Below are positions 1-12,177 of a stretch of DNA of 64,000 bases, in pieces; position 1 is the stretch's first letter, and each line of letters begins with the position of its first letter. The notes under the pieces are model-generated. The model saw nothing but the letters and a program-made list of their open reading frames with translations. It was not told the DNA's origin and searched no databases. Position numbers and translations under genes: made by a program. Origin of the DNA: Octopus sinensis (lineage: Eukaryota); the NCBI RefSeq assembly GCF_006345805.1, contig NC_043000.1:138508001-138572000 (forward strand), read 5' to 3'.

Positions 1-330
1 TATACATACATTTTACTGTTCCACTGTGGGTAGGATCAATAAAAAGTATTCTGTCCAATGAAAGATATAAATATTTTTTAATATACACAATTTAGAAAAG
101 TGCTGCTAATAGTTTCATACTGTGGAGATACAATAATTTTGCAGTTTTATATAACATACCATGTATCTTCAAGCAATCTTTCAGGTTCAGTGCATATCGT
201 TAAAAGCATTTAAAAACCAAGATGCTGCCCTATGAGAAAACATGAGGTAAACAGAAAAAGAAAAATGTGAAGAAGTTTGATTGTAAAAAGTTGGTTAGCC
301 ATGTATGGGATCTGAAAATGAACTGCATAC

Positions 331-468
331 CACATAAAATTAAGTGAAGAATGGTGAAGAAGTCTACACCATATATAAATGGATAAAAGAGATTCAAGTT
401 ATGCATAGCTGAGAGATCAAACAATCTTTTTAGATCCAAGAATTCTACCGCTCTATTTAATTCTAGAT
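331..468 (-). CDS. Candidate coding exon, gene unidentified
   Basis: Minus strand tttcag| acceptor and |gtatgc donor bound 138 nt, phase 1-1, open frame xLELNRAVEFLDLKRLFDLSAMHNLNLFYPFIYGVDFFTILHLILC. No homology recognised. Confidence 0.3.
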
Positions 469-920
469 CTGAAATTTTTAGCAGGTGCAAGCACATAGAC
501 AAGTTTCTTTTGTCAAATTATAGGACATCACCAGGTCTGGATTGAGTAGCTATCTCATATATTTTGGCTTCTAATCTGTTATTTTATTCTACACCAGCTG
601 GATTAATTATGATTTCTACAGAAAAAGGTGATGAAGATCTTGGTTTACTTACTTTTCTTTTCTTTCTTCTTGTTCCTCTGTTTACAACAACCTTCCTCAT
701 GTTTTTTTTCTTGTTTTCTCATGTTTTTTCCTAGGCCAGTGTCATGGTTTTTTAATACATAATGATATGCTCTGAGCTTGAAAGATTGATTAGAAATATA
801 TGGTATGTTATATAAATCTGCCAAACTATTGTATCTACATCGTGAAACTATTAGTAGTTCTCTTGTAAATTGTGTATATTAAATGATATATGTGGGTGTA
901 TGTTGATACAAACATTATAA

Positions 921-1070
921 AGTGGTTGGCATTAAGAAGACCACCAGACCATAGAAACCATGCCAAAGCTGACATTGGAACTTGACATAGTCCTGCAGAT
1001 TGCTAGATTCAGTCTATCCATCCAACTTATTCCAGCAAGGAAAACAGATGTTAAATGATGATGATGATGA
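921..1070 (+). mobile_element. Degenerate RTE-LINE 3' UTR fragment (family B)
   Basis: gtggttggcattaagaag...gatgttaaa followed by (GAT)n tail; matches better-preserved copies in the window. Confidence 0.7.
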
Positions 1071-1083
1071 TTTTATATATATA

Positions 1084-1921
1084 CACTGAACCGCAAAAGA
1101 AATGCGATTTTTTCAAATGTAATTTTTATATGGTAAATTCAGAAAATTTATCTTGGAGATGTAAGTGTAAATGTTCCAAGACATGCTGGTTTTTAGCTGA
1201 GAAGTAAATTGCAGATAACTTTTCAATTTTCCCTGAAATGAGACACCAAAATGCAGCTGTGTTGAATGCTCTTGGTAGCAGTCGCAAATAACTGTCAGGA
1301 AAACTGAATTGCACGTGCATCTCATCGAGGTTATGGTTATAAAAATCAACCTGAACCACGTTCCTGGAATTCGCAATTTGGATGCATCAGGTATGACCCG
1401 ATTGTCAGCAGGGCAGAGCGAACAAGCTATCAGCCGACTGCAAGCAGGGCAGCGAGCCCTGCTTGTTGTGAAAGCTTACAATGTCTATGTCAACACCATC
1501 TAATGCCTGCAACAGCAATACAACAACACCAACAACATTGAAGACTGTGCCCGCAGAGGGCGCCCCCGGATGACTACACCCCAGCCGGACCACTTCATCT
1601 ACCTGCAATACTTCAGACCAGCCAGAATGATAGCTTATGAAACAATTGGCACTGGACAGCGACCTATTAGCGATGACATTGTATGACATCGACTGACCGC
1701 CAACAACCTGCATTGCTTGAGGGTCAGTCCTTACTGCCCACCACTGACAGGTATGGCTACAGTGGAATACTCAGCACCGACATTGGTGTCATCAACAATG
1801 GAGGTCAACAGTCTTCTCTGACGAGAGCCGGTACTGTGTTTCCAACTCTGATGGCAGAGTGAGGGTGTGGCGCATGACGGTGAACCCTACAGAGACACAT
1901 GTGTCGTGGAGAGAGATGCAT
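1084..1921 (+). mobile_element. Tc1-like transposon 5' part with decayed transposase (1393-1921)
   Basis: TA|CACTGAACC terminus; MTRLSAGQSEQAISRLQAG...RRGRPRMTT (HTH) and VFSDESRYCVSNSDGRVRVWR...CVVERD (first catalytic D); stops and frameshifts. Confidence 0.85.
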
Positions 1922-1924
1922 GAC

Positions 1925-2209
1925 TACTACTGACTACTACTTTTTCAAGCACCTTGATGGTTTCCTACCATCAGGTAGGATCTTCAAGGAGTTCAAAAAT
2001 CAAACCAATGTTGAAAGTGTTTTCAAAGAGTTTTCCAACTTCAGAACTCCAGATTTTTATGTTACCAGAATAAACAAACTTGTAACTTGTTGGCAAAAAT
2101 GTGTGGATTGTAATGGTATTTACTTTGATGAATAAGATTTTTGCATTGTTGAAATATAATGTAAGGAATTTCATGTTACAAAACATTGCTTGCTTTTTAC
2201 TCAACCTGA
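1925..2209 (+). mobile_element. mariner (Hsmar1/cecropia-like) transposase C-terminus plus right TIR
   Basis: TDYYFFKHLDGFL...FYVTRINKLVTCWQKCVDCNGIYFDE* then ...ctttttactcaacctga|TA. Confidence 0.85.
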
Positions 2210-3001
2210 TAGATAGATAGGCAAATTAACAGATAGACGGACAGATAGATAGATTAATACATAAACAGAGAAAGAGAGTGAGAGAGACACACTTGTACTT
2301 AAACATGTACAATGTGATCGATACTGCCTACAATGCTGTTTGACACAAAGGGTCTCCTTGTTTTCATATTAGCCACCTTTCAGTCACATTCCCCTTTTTC
2401 CCTATGCATCGTTTTCAATCAGGTATTTCCAATTTTTCTTCTGGTTTCTTGAACTGTCTGTTTTACTATTTGACGCTAAGACTGAAAAACTTGACCTTAC
2501 AATTGCTATATGCTCTTCATTAATTCTTCATCTGTATAAATGCTAATTCCATTGCGTTGAAGAACTCCATCAGAAAAGCCATACGATGTAGTCCCCAAGT
2601 TGTTTTATTTCGAAAGATTCTTTAGCAATTAGCTAAAGTTTGGTTGCTGTACCCATAACTCTTTTCCATATCAAAGCACTTCTTACAGGTGTTATTTATA
2701 AGCCAACAAATCCTGCAAGAAATAGTTGTCAAATTTCTCACAAATCACAACCTAATGGTTTAAAGTTGAAGAACAAAGAATAGTAGTCTACAATTTAAAA
2801 AAACACTTGGAAGTTTTTGATCATAGACATGCTTGTTAAAAGCTAACCTAAAGATACTTAACAAAATTGCTATGTATGATGAAACAAAAGGTGGGAAAAA
2901 TTGATTTCCAGTGGTTGGTCCTGATTAAAAATAATTGCAGTTACTTCGAAAAAAAAGGATATTTTTAAAGCTAGCATAAAAGTGAGTCTATGTACATGCA
3001 C

Positions 3002-3038
<37 letters not shown>

Positions 3039-3069
3039 AATACATACATGCATTTTATCTTTATTTTTC

Positions 3070-3630
3070 ATTTCTTTCAGTCATGAGACTGTGGCTATGT
3101 TGGGGCACCACCGTGAAAGATTTTTAGCCAAATGAATAATTGACCCCAGTGCATTTTTAAAGTCTTGTACTCATTCTACTGGTCTCTTTAGCCGAACCAC
3201 TAAGTTATGTTGATGTAAACACAGCAACACTGTTTGTAAAGCAGTGGTGGGAGACAAACAGACAGACAGACAGACAAACAAAAACACACACACACGTACG
3301 TACGCACGCATGCACTCATGCATGCACGCACACATGCATGCATGCACGCACGCACGCATGCACACACAAATGCACACACACACACACACACACTCACACA
3401 TGCATGCACACGTGCACACACTTGCATGCACACACACATGCATGTATGCATGCACACATACACACACAAATGCATGACAGGCTTCTTTCAGTTTCTATCT
3501 ACCAAAATCCACTCATGGTGCTTTGGTTGACCCGAAGATATTTTGAAAAATTCTCTGGCAAGATGCCATGCAGTGGGACTAGACCCAGAACTATGTGGTT
3601 AAGAAGCAAACTTTTTACCACAGCGCCACA
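3070..3630 (-). mobile_element. tRNA/CORE-like SINE family A, diverged, with long (CA)/(TGCA) internal microsatellite
   Basis: Both halves of the family A consensus flank a ~200-nt microsatellite. Confidence 0.85.
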
Positions 3631-4005
3631 CCAATACCTATTATATAAATGTATATACATATGTGTGTGTGAGTGTGTGTAAGGCGGTTGGTGTTCGGAA
3701 GGGCATCCAGCCATAAAAAACTCTGTCAAAACAGTGAGCCTGGTACAACCTACTACCTAGCCAGCTCCTGTCAATGGTATGTAAATTCTAATAGGAGTTC
3801 ATATTTTTTCGTTACAAATGGAAAGTGTGGAGATGTAGATTCAATGTGCTGTTCATTCAAAGGGGTGTTGCTCATACAAGACCTACATTAGACTCCTCAC
3901 TCATATCATTATTCAACCAAAAGTTTAACTAAGATCCTTCCATAGTGCTTACATAGTGTTACCTGGCACCTTGGGTCTTCTGGATACCAATACCTCTCAT
4001 ATATT

Positions 4006-4046
<41 letters not shown>

Positions 4047-4844
4047 TATATATATATATATATCTTATTTGTTTTTTAATATTAAGAAGTAACAGAGTGA
4101 CTCAAGGTCTGAGGGTTTCGTGTGTTGGCACTTATGAATATACACATGTATGTGGGTGTATGAATGTATATCATTGTATGCATATGCACGTGCATGCACA
4201 TACATACACACAAATATATATGCATATACCTGTATATACATATGTACGCACATATAAATCAGCTTTAAATATCCCTAATTAATAAATAAAAATTATTGAA
4301 TAGAACATAGTATGTGAACAAGACTTAGACTCTCATGAGATTCATATAAATTGGTGTTTAGCACTAATGTACTGGGATGTAGAATTACAATCAACCAAAA
4401 CAATTTCAAGAGTGTATATATGACTCATGGTTATTGATATATAAGTTTGATATTTGTTTTTGTATAATTTCCTAAATATGCAAATTCCCAATATTCTATC
4501 ATAAACTTTGATAAAACTGTAATTTCCTTATTCTACATGGAGGAAATTTTAACAACGTTACCTAGACTAATGCCAACGTATGTTAAACTTGTTGAATTAC
4601 ATTCTTACAATAGAATACACCTGCTGAGTTCTAAAGTCTTTCACAGCATTATATTTGAGTTATTAGCTTATATTGCATTAGCACTGGCAATAATTTTAAC
4701 TGAATTATATCTCCTTTGCATTAATGTATCCAAGGCCATGTTTTATCTACATTAGACTTGTAGGTGTTTATATATGTATGCGTGTGTGTGCTTGTGATGA
4801 ATGTGTTACCATATGTATATATGTATGTGTATAAATGTGAATGT

Positions 4845-5052
4845 GCATGGTTTGGACATGTGATGCATATGAATGAAAACAGCTGTATAAAGAAGTGCTG
4901 GTCACTGAAAGTGGATGGTGCCTGTAAAAGAGGGAGACCCAGGAAAATATAGGATGAAGTGATGAGGGCTGATCTCAGGATGTTGCAGCTCAAGAAGGAA
5001 ATGACAATGGACTGGGATGTCTGGCGATATTAGGTTCTTGAGTAGACCTGCC
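4845..5052 (+). mobile_element. RTE LINE reverse transcriptase C-terminal fragment
   Basis: WFGHVMHMNENSCIKKCWSLKVDGACKRGRPRKI*DEVMRADL...DWDVWR, typical RTE ORF end. Confidence 0.85.
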
Positions 5053-5060
5053 CACGGTCT

Positions 5061-5258
5061 TACACTTTTACTCTTTTACTTGTTTCAGTCATTTGACCGT
5101 GGCCATGCTGGAGCACCACCTTTACTCGAGCAAATCAACCCCATGGCTTATTCTTTGTAAGCCTAGTACTTATTCTATCAGTCACTTTTGCCGAACTGCT
5201 AAGTTACGGGGACGTAAACACATCAGCATCGGTTGTCAAGCGATGTTGTGGTACAAAC

Positions 5259-5307
<49 letters not shown>

Positions 5308-5417
5308 CATATACATATATACGACAGGCTTCTTTCAGTTTCCACCTACCAAATCCACTCACAAGGATTTGGTCGGCCCGAGGCTATAGTAGAAGACACT
5401 TGCCCAAGGTGCCACGC
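5061..5417 (-). mobile_element. SINE family A lacking tRNA head
   Basis: (CTTTTA)n tail, body and linker present; consensus stops at ccaaggtgccacgc. Confidence 0.9.
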
Positions 5418-6529
5418 TGTGAAACTGTGTATATAAACAATATTTAAGCTCATCAGCTGGATCCACCACATAATACATAATTCATGATACTTATTTAATT
5501 TATATATATAGACAGATATTTAAAATTATAATTTAGGGTATCTAATTTATGGTATTTAGAGTCAAGCTTTGACTGCTATTTCCAGTGTGAAATATCTTTT
5601 ATATATATATATAGACAGACAGATATATAGATAGATAGATATGTATGTACACATGCACGTATACACACATGCACATGCACACACACACAAACACACACAC
5701 ACAACACACACACACAAACACACACACACACACATATATATATACATATACATATATACGACAGGCTTCTTTCAGTTTCCACCTACCAAATCCACTCACA
5801 AGGATTTGGTCGGCCCGAGGCTATAGTAGAAGACACTTGCCCAAGGTGCCACGCTGTGAAACTGTGTATATAAACAATATTTAAGCTCATCAGCTGGATC
5901 CACCACATAATACATAATTCATGATACTTATTTAATTTATATATATAGACAGATATTTAAAATTATAATTTAGGGTATCTAATTTATGGTATTTAGAGTC
6001 AAGCTTTGACTGCTATTTCCAGTGTGAAATATCTTTTATATATATATATAGACAGACAGATATATAGATAGATAGATATGTATGTACACATGCACGTATA
6101 CACACATGCACATGCACACACACACAACACACACACATATATATATACATATACATATATACGACAGGCTTCTTTCAGTTTCCACCTACCAAATCCACTC
6201 ACAAGGATTTGGTCGGCCCGAGGCTATAGTAGAAGACACTTGCCCAAGGTGCCACGCTGTGAAACTGTGTATATAAACAATATTTAAGCTCATCAGCTGG
6301 ATCCACCACATAATACATAATTCATGATACTTATTTAATTATATATATAGACAGATATTTAAAATTATAATTTAGGGTATCTAATTTATGGTATTTAGAG
6401 TCAAGCTTTGACTGCTATTTCCAGTGTGAAATATCTTTTATATATATATATAGGCAGACAGATATATAGATAGATAGATATGTATGTACACATGCACGTA
6501 TACACACATGCACATGCACACACACACAA

Positions 6530-6560
<31 letters not shown>
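5270..6560. repeat. Tandem triplication of ~400-440 bp unit (SINE-A part + unique DNA + microsatellite)
   Basis: acgacaggcttc recurs at 5321, 5758, 6161 with near-identical downstream sequence. Confidence 0.95.
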
Positions 6561-6561
<1 letters not shown>

Positions 6562-6709
6562 AAATGTTTTCACCCTGTCTTTACTATTCAACTCAGTAGC
6601 AGAGCCTAGGCTCAAAATGTTAAAGACTCCTTCCATTATTCTTGAGCATAAACCTGATATACTCTGTTTGTTATTCTTTCACCTCATCTCTGTGCTTATT
6701 TTTGAACTA

Positions 6710-6940
6710 TTACTCTTTTACTTGTTTCAGTCATTTGACTGCGGACATGCTGGAGCACCGCCTTTAGTCGAGCAACTCGACCCCGGGACTTATTCTTTTT
6801 TGTAAGCCCAGTACTTATTCTATCGGTCTCTTTTGCCGAACTGCTAAGTGACGGGGACGTAAACACACCAGCATCGGTTGTCAAGCAATGCTAGGGGGAC
6901 AAACACAGACACACAAACATATACACACACATACATATAT

Positions 6941-6992
<52 letters not shown>

Positions 6993-7167
6993 ATATATAT
7001 ATACGACAGGCTTCTTTCAGTTTCCGTCTACCAAATCCACTCACAAGGCTTTGGTCGGCCCGAGGCTATAGCAGAAGACACTTGCTCAAGATGCCACGCA
7101 GTGGGACTGAACCCGGAACCATGTGGTTGGTTAGCAAGCTACTTACCACACAGCCACTCCTGCGCCT
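6710..7167 (-). mobile_element. SINE family A, full length
   Basis: Head aggcgcaggagtggctgtgtggtaag (A box), ggttcagtccc (B box-like), CORE-like accttgggcaagt motif, (AT)n linker, (AGTAAA)n tail. Confidence 0.92.
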
Positions 7168-7204
7168 ATATATATATATATATATATACAGTTTAATGGA
7201 GGAA

Positions 7205-8036
7205 ATTTCCAAAGCTTCCACTCTCAGGTAGCTTCCACTATCATGCCACAACAAAGAGTGACATTCCAAAAGTCAAACACGGTGCATGTCCTGGGGACTG
7301 ATATGAGCAACAACTCCTTGTTTCATATACATATCACCAAGATGGGGGCAATGTGTAGGTGAATGGCTAGATAGATTCTGAGAACTTTCAGTACAAGGGA
7401 CTGGAAAGCTATGCTAGTTCTATGAATGACATTTGTCCTCATCCTACTGGACTACTGCTCTTAACTGTGGTCATCTCATAGTGTCAAATTAATAGTAGAG
7501 CTTGAAGCAGTTCAGTGGTGCCGATTGCATCAATAGGACAGCTGAGTTACTGGGAGAGATCAAAAAAGTTACAACTCTACATCCTGGAGTGAATATGAGG
7601 GAGACATGCAGTGACACATAGGAATATCCTAGAGAGATTGGTACCAAATTTTGCACTGAAAATTATATCAGCTGTGACTTTGGCACAGAGAGTTATATTG
7701 TGACATCCTGGACTGGACATCACATCACTGCTCAAAAAATCCCAACAATCCCAACAAGAATAAGGACCAGGTACTGTGCAATAACTTGGGATACAAAGGC
7801 TTACAGTTATATAATATCTTGCCAAACTGTCTGAGAGATCTACATGGAGTAGGGGGAGATCCCTCTGTCCCACAAAAAAAAGCCCTGACCTCTTGCTGTC
7901 CAGATTTCTAGATGAACCTACATCCTGGGAAGCAATATCAAACTCCTTCCTTCACCAAAACCAATCACCAAAGAATGGCAGTTGGAAAGGTGATATTATT
8001 TGCAGTACCCCAGAATGGTCTCAGTCTTTGACTGAG
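7205..8036 (+). mobile_element. CR1-clade LINE 3' fragment (decayed RT C-terminus)
   Basis: ILRTFSTRDWKAML, LSYWER, LERLVPN and RTRYCNNLGYKGLQLYNILPNCLRDLHGV motifs across frameshifts. Confidence 0.8.
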
Positions 8037-8869
8037 ATGTATAAAATAATGTGTGTGCGTATGTGTGTGTAATCCAGTACACTTGGTATTGAATTGCTAA
8101 CTTATTCATTTATGCTATGTTGATATTTTTCTTCATCTAAGTATTGTGGAATAGTATGGTATGACCACGTAATGGTAATCAGTTCCTCATTCTTCCTTTG
8201 GTGTTTCTTTGCTGTATTTTTTTTTCTTTGTAGCACAGAGGGAGATGTTGAATATTGAATCATATTATTAAGTTCTGCTTTGAGGTGAGTCTTTTTTTGT
8301 AGGAATACTGAATTACAAGCAATTGTAAGGAGAGCATTTATATTTATATAAAACTCTACATGCATTTTGAATAAGACAAGTGTTTACTTTTTCTTGGAGT
8401 TATATTTTTCTTTATCGGACTTCCATGTTAGAGGTTTATTTTCTGATGTATATGCACAGTTGTTTACATCTAACAGCAATTTATCACTCTAGATACACAC
8501 ATGATACTTTGTTTATATTTGTTAGAATAGGAGAAAATTTTACAAATGTGTGCATGTATTACATGTGTCCCTTTGAACATTTCTGCTTGTTAATGCTAGT
8601 TCTCCTCATGCTTTTAGCATGATGTCAGTATATGTTTAACAAGGAATGAGCTTATAATATATTCTTCTCTCTCAGCAATTACTACAGAAGTGTTTTACTG
8701 TTACTACAATAATATTAACAACAACAATAACAACAACAACACCAATAATAATAATAATGGTTTCAAATTATTCTCTTGGCCCTGAATGGATAAAAGGCAA
8801 AGTCAATCTCAGTAGAATTCAAACTCAATAATAATGATAATTTTTTCCTTATTTTGCTACAAAACCAGT

Positions 8870-9000
8870 AATTTTTGTGGAGAGTGGATGTCAATTGCCT
8901 TAACCCCAGTACATGATTGGTACTTTATTCTGTCAACCCTGAAAGTGTGAAAGGCAAAGTCAACCTTGGTAGTATTTGAACTCAGAATGCTTTGAATTGA
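8870..9000 (-). mobile_element. SINE family D fragment
   Basis: ctggtact...gaaaggcaaagtcaacc...tttgaactcagaa core; another partial copy at ~8775-8830. Confidence 0.75.
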
Positions 9001-9069
9001 AAGAAATGCAACTAAGTAGTTTGTCTGATGTGGTAGCTATTCTGCCAGGTTGTCACCTGAATAATAATA

Positions 9070-9228
9070 ATACAAAATGTTTGTTTCTTATGGACAGCAA
9101 CGATTACCAGGAGGATGCTAAGCACTTGAAAGACTGCTGAAAACTTGTGGACACCTATGGTTACTGGTAGTGACCCGCTATCCACATAATTCCTACCAGA
9201 AATAAGCCTGACCTTGAGCAAAACCAAA
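9070..9228 (+). mobile_element. R4/Dong-like LINE 3' end
   Basis: IQNVCFLWTATITRRMLST* resembles the QKxxLLGTARILRRVL C-terminus; (TAA)n on both sides. Confidence 0.65.
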
Positions 9229-9240
9229 ATAATAATAATA

Positions 9241-9530
9241 ATCATTACCAACGTCGCCTTACTGGCACCTGTGCTGGTGGCATGTGTAAAAAGATTTGAG
9301 CGAGGTCATTGCTAGTACTGCCTGACTGGCCCCCATGCCGGTGGCATGTAAAAAGCACCCACTACACTCTCGGAGTGGTTGGCATTAGGAAGGGCATCCA
9401 GCAGTAGAAACTCTGCCAGATCAAGACTGGAGCCTGGTGCAGCCACCTGGTTTGCCAGTCCTCAGTGAAATTTGTCCAACCCATGCTAGCATGGATAGCG
9501 GACGTTAAACGATAAATGATGAATAATGAC
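9241..9530 (+). mobile_element. RTE-LINE 3' UTR (family B)
   Basis: aaaagcacccactacactctcggagtggttggc...ggacgttaaacgat. Confidence 0.9.
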
Positions 9531-9742
9531 CCTTTCTACTATTGGCACAATGCCTGGAATTTGTGGGGAGGGGGACAGTCGATTACATTGACCATAGTAC
9601 TCAACTGGTACTTAATTTATCGACTCCGAAATTATGAAAGGCAAAGCTGACCATGGCGGAATTTGAACTCAGAATGTAGCAGCAGACAAAATACTGCTAA
9701 GCATTTTGCCTAGCATGCTAGTAATTCTGCCAGCTTGCCACC
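9530..9742 (-). mobile_element. SINE family D (D1 tail)
   Basis: Head tggcagaat...gagttcaaattcc, core gcctttcat...aagtaccag, tail ...ccaatagtagaaagg. Confidence 0.85.
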
Positions 9743-9759
9743 TTCAATGATAATAATGG

Positions 9760-9928
9760 AACAAATAGGGGCTGCAATAAGGGTGGAGCACTTGCAGAAA
9801 ACAGCACTGCTTGGAACCACTCGAATACTCTAGAAGATGATCGAAAAATAAGAGGTGTTACCTTAGTTCACTGGTAGTGAATAGCTGACACTGTAGTACA
9901 TCTCCAGCATTAGAAGCTGTGCAAAGGC

Positions 9929-9930
<2 letters not shown>
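9760..9930 (+). mobile_element. R4/Dong-like LINE 3' end with (TAA)n tail
   Basis: VEHLQKTALLGTTRIL*KMIEK* then short UTR and (TAA)n to ~10085. Confidence 0.85.
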
Positions 9931-9964
<34 letters not shown>

Positions 9965-9968
9965 AACA

Positions 9969-10018
<50 letters not shown>

Positions 10019-10019
10019 G

Positions 10020-10061
<42 letters not shown>

Positions 10062-10085
10062 TAATAATAATAATAATAATAATAA

Positions 10086-10420
10086 TGGCTGATGCTAGCA
10101 CCGCCTAGACTGGCTTCCGTGCTGGTGGTACGTAAAAAGCGCTATCCGAATCGTGGCCGATGCCAGTGCCACCTGGCATGTAAAATGCACCAATCCGATC
10201 GTGGCCATTGCCAGCCTCGCCTTTCACCTGTGCAGGTAGCACGTAAAAAGCACCCACTACACTCACGGAGTGGTTGGCGTTAGGAAGAGCATCCAGCTGT
10301 AGAAACACTGCCAGATCAGACTGGAGCCTGGTGCAGCCTTCTGACTTCCCAGATCCCCGGTCGAACCGTCCAACCCATGCTAGCATGGAGAACGGACGTT
10401 AAACGATGATGATGATGAAT
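10086..10420 (+). mobile_element. RTE-LINE 3' UTR (family B) with internal repeats
   Basis: Family B consensus, (GAT)n tail. Confidence 0.9.
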
Positions 10421-10439
10421 ACTCGTAATAATAATAATA

Positions 10440-10960
10440 AATGGATGCAAACAGGAGGCCAAAGATAAATGGATGAAAACATGAATGAAGACAAAGAAGC
10501 TCTGTGACCTTGACTTCCAGACAGACAAAGTGTTAGAGCAATGTAGGTTTGATATAGTAAACTTTAGGAGGAACAAACAAGAGTACTTAATAATCGGTGT
10601 GGCAATACCAAGAGGTCAACATGTTATTTTGAAAGAGAAAAGATTGAAAAATATAGAGACCTGAAAATTGACATCTCCAAGATGTGACAGCTATGAGAGT
10701 CAAGCATAAAGGTTGTTCCTGTTGCCATTGGAACACAGTTCAGTACCATCCATCCTGAAGAAAACATCTGGAAGCTTAAGAAATACCTTACAATCTTGGT
10801 GCATCGCAAAAATCAGCTTTACTTGGAACTGCACACATACTGTATAAGATACTCTCTGTTTGAGGTACTTGTTGTGACTTGACAGATAGTACAAGCCCGC
10901 GGTACATACAATATCTTCAATATACAACATCACAATATTGGATACTGTGTGCCACCTGCA
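10440..10960 (+). mobile_element. R4/Dong-like LINE restriction-like endonuclease domain, decayed
   Basis: DFQTDKVLEQCRFDIV...IIGVAIP...EKYRDLKIDISKM...KVVPVAIG...KSALLGTAHILYKILSV*; (TAA)n both sides. Confidence 0.88.
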
Positions 10961-10966
10961 ATGATG

Positions 10967-11023
<57 letters not shown>

Positions 11024-11046
11024 TAATAATAATAATAATAATAATA

Positions 11047-11252
11047 AGACAAATACATAACAAAAACACCAGGACTTACAAACACATATAACATACAGAA
11101 AATTGCACTACTAGGCACTGCACACATCCTACGCAGAACACTTTCCATACAATAACCATCAGAGCATCACAACAAATCACAGCACATACCCAAGGCACAC
11201 AGAGCTGCGCTCGGTAGTGAAGTGAAAGCACGCTATAAAAATAAAACTACTG
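11047..11252 (+). mobile_element. R4/Dong-like LINE 3' end
   Basis: DKYITKTPGLTNTYNIQKIALLGTAHILRRTLSIQ*; near-identical copy at 33670-33885. Confidence 0.88.
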
Positions 11253-11267
11253 AATAATAATAATAAT

Positions 11268-11478
11268 CCTTTCTGCTATAGGCACAAGGCCTGAAATTTT
11301 GGGTGAGGGGATGGTTGATTACATTGCCCCTAGTACTCTGCTGTTACTTATTTTATCAACCCCGAATGGATGAAAGGCAAAGTCAAGCTTGGTGGAATTT
11401 GAACTCAGAGTGAGAAGACAGACAAAATATTGCCAAGTATTTTACCCTGTGTGCTAACAATTCTGATAGCATACCCCT
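11268..11478 (-). mobile_element. SINE family D (D1 tail)
   Basis: Family D consensus, tail-to-tail with the LINE end, sharing the (TAA)n. Confidence 0.85.
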
Positions 11479-11689
11479 TAATATTAATAATAATAAGAAG
11501 AATTGTTTCTTATTTTGGCACAATGCCAACAAATTTGATGAGTGGGAAAGCTGATTGATTATATCAACCTCAGTATACAACTGGTACTTACTTTTTCACC
11601 CCTAAAATGATAATGACTAGATGAACAAAGCAAAATATTCCAAAACTTTTGATTCAGCACAATATATGTGTGTTATGTTTATTTCTATG

Positions 11690-11930
11690 TGTTTTGTATA
11701 TATACATGCATGTATATATACATGCACATGCATGTATCTCTTTCTCTCTTTCTTTATAGATGTATATATATTATATATATATACATATACACACATATAT
11801 GTATGTGTATATATATATATATACATATCATATACATACATATATATATCATATATATATATACATATACTTACATATATATATATATATATATATAATA
11901 TATATATATATATAATATATATATATATAC
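11690..11930. repeat. (AT)n/(CA)n compound microsatellite
   Basis: Direct inspection. Confidence 0.9.
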
Positions 11931-12177
11931 TCACTGGTGGTTCAACATTTTGGTTTCACTATCTTAAAAATTATGATGGCAGATGAACGCTTTTCTTTGA
12001 ACTCATTGGCAGTTCAAATATTTGTTCAACATGGGATAAGAGTATACAAGTTCTGTAAATCAGCTTGTGAGATTATATTCCTGTTTCAATATTGATGCAA
12101 AATATTTATTTCTTACCATTACAAGGCCTCGCTTTTGCAAAATGATCTTATTTACTAACATCACATGGTGTTTATAC

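Noticed and set aside
735-802. Plus-strand segment after a long pyrimidine tract with gtatgt donor
   Set aside because: Stops in all three frames
2340-2900. Protein-like minus-strand stretches (also ~25050-26330 and ~32560-33130)
   Set aside because: Fragmented by stops with no recognisable motif; may be very old transposon debris but cannot be supported
3171-3682. Cys/Val- and His/Thr-rich ORFs here and at many (CA)n/(AT)n tracts
   Set aside because: Translations of dinucleotide microsatellites
8234-8284. Plus-strand segment with strong acceptor and gtgagt donor
   Set aside because: Stops in all three frames; could only be a non-coding exon, which sequence alone cannot support
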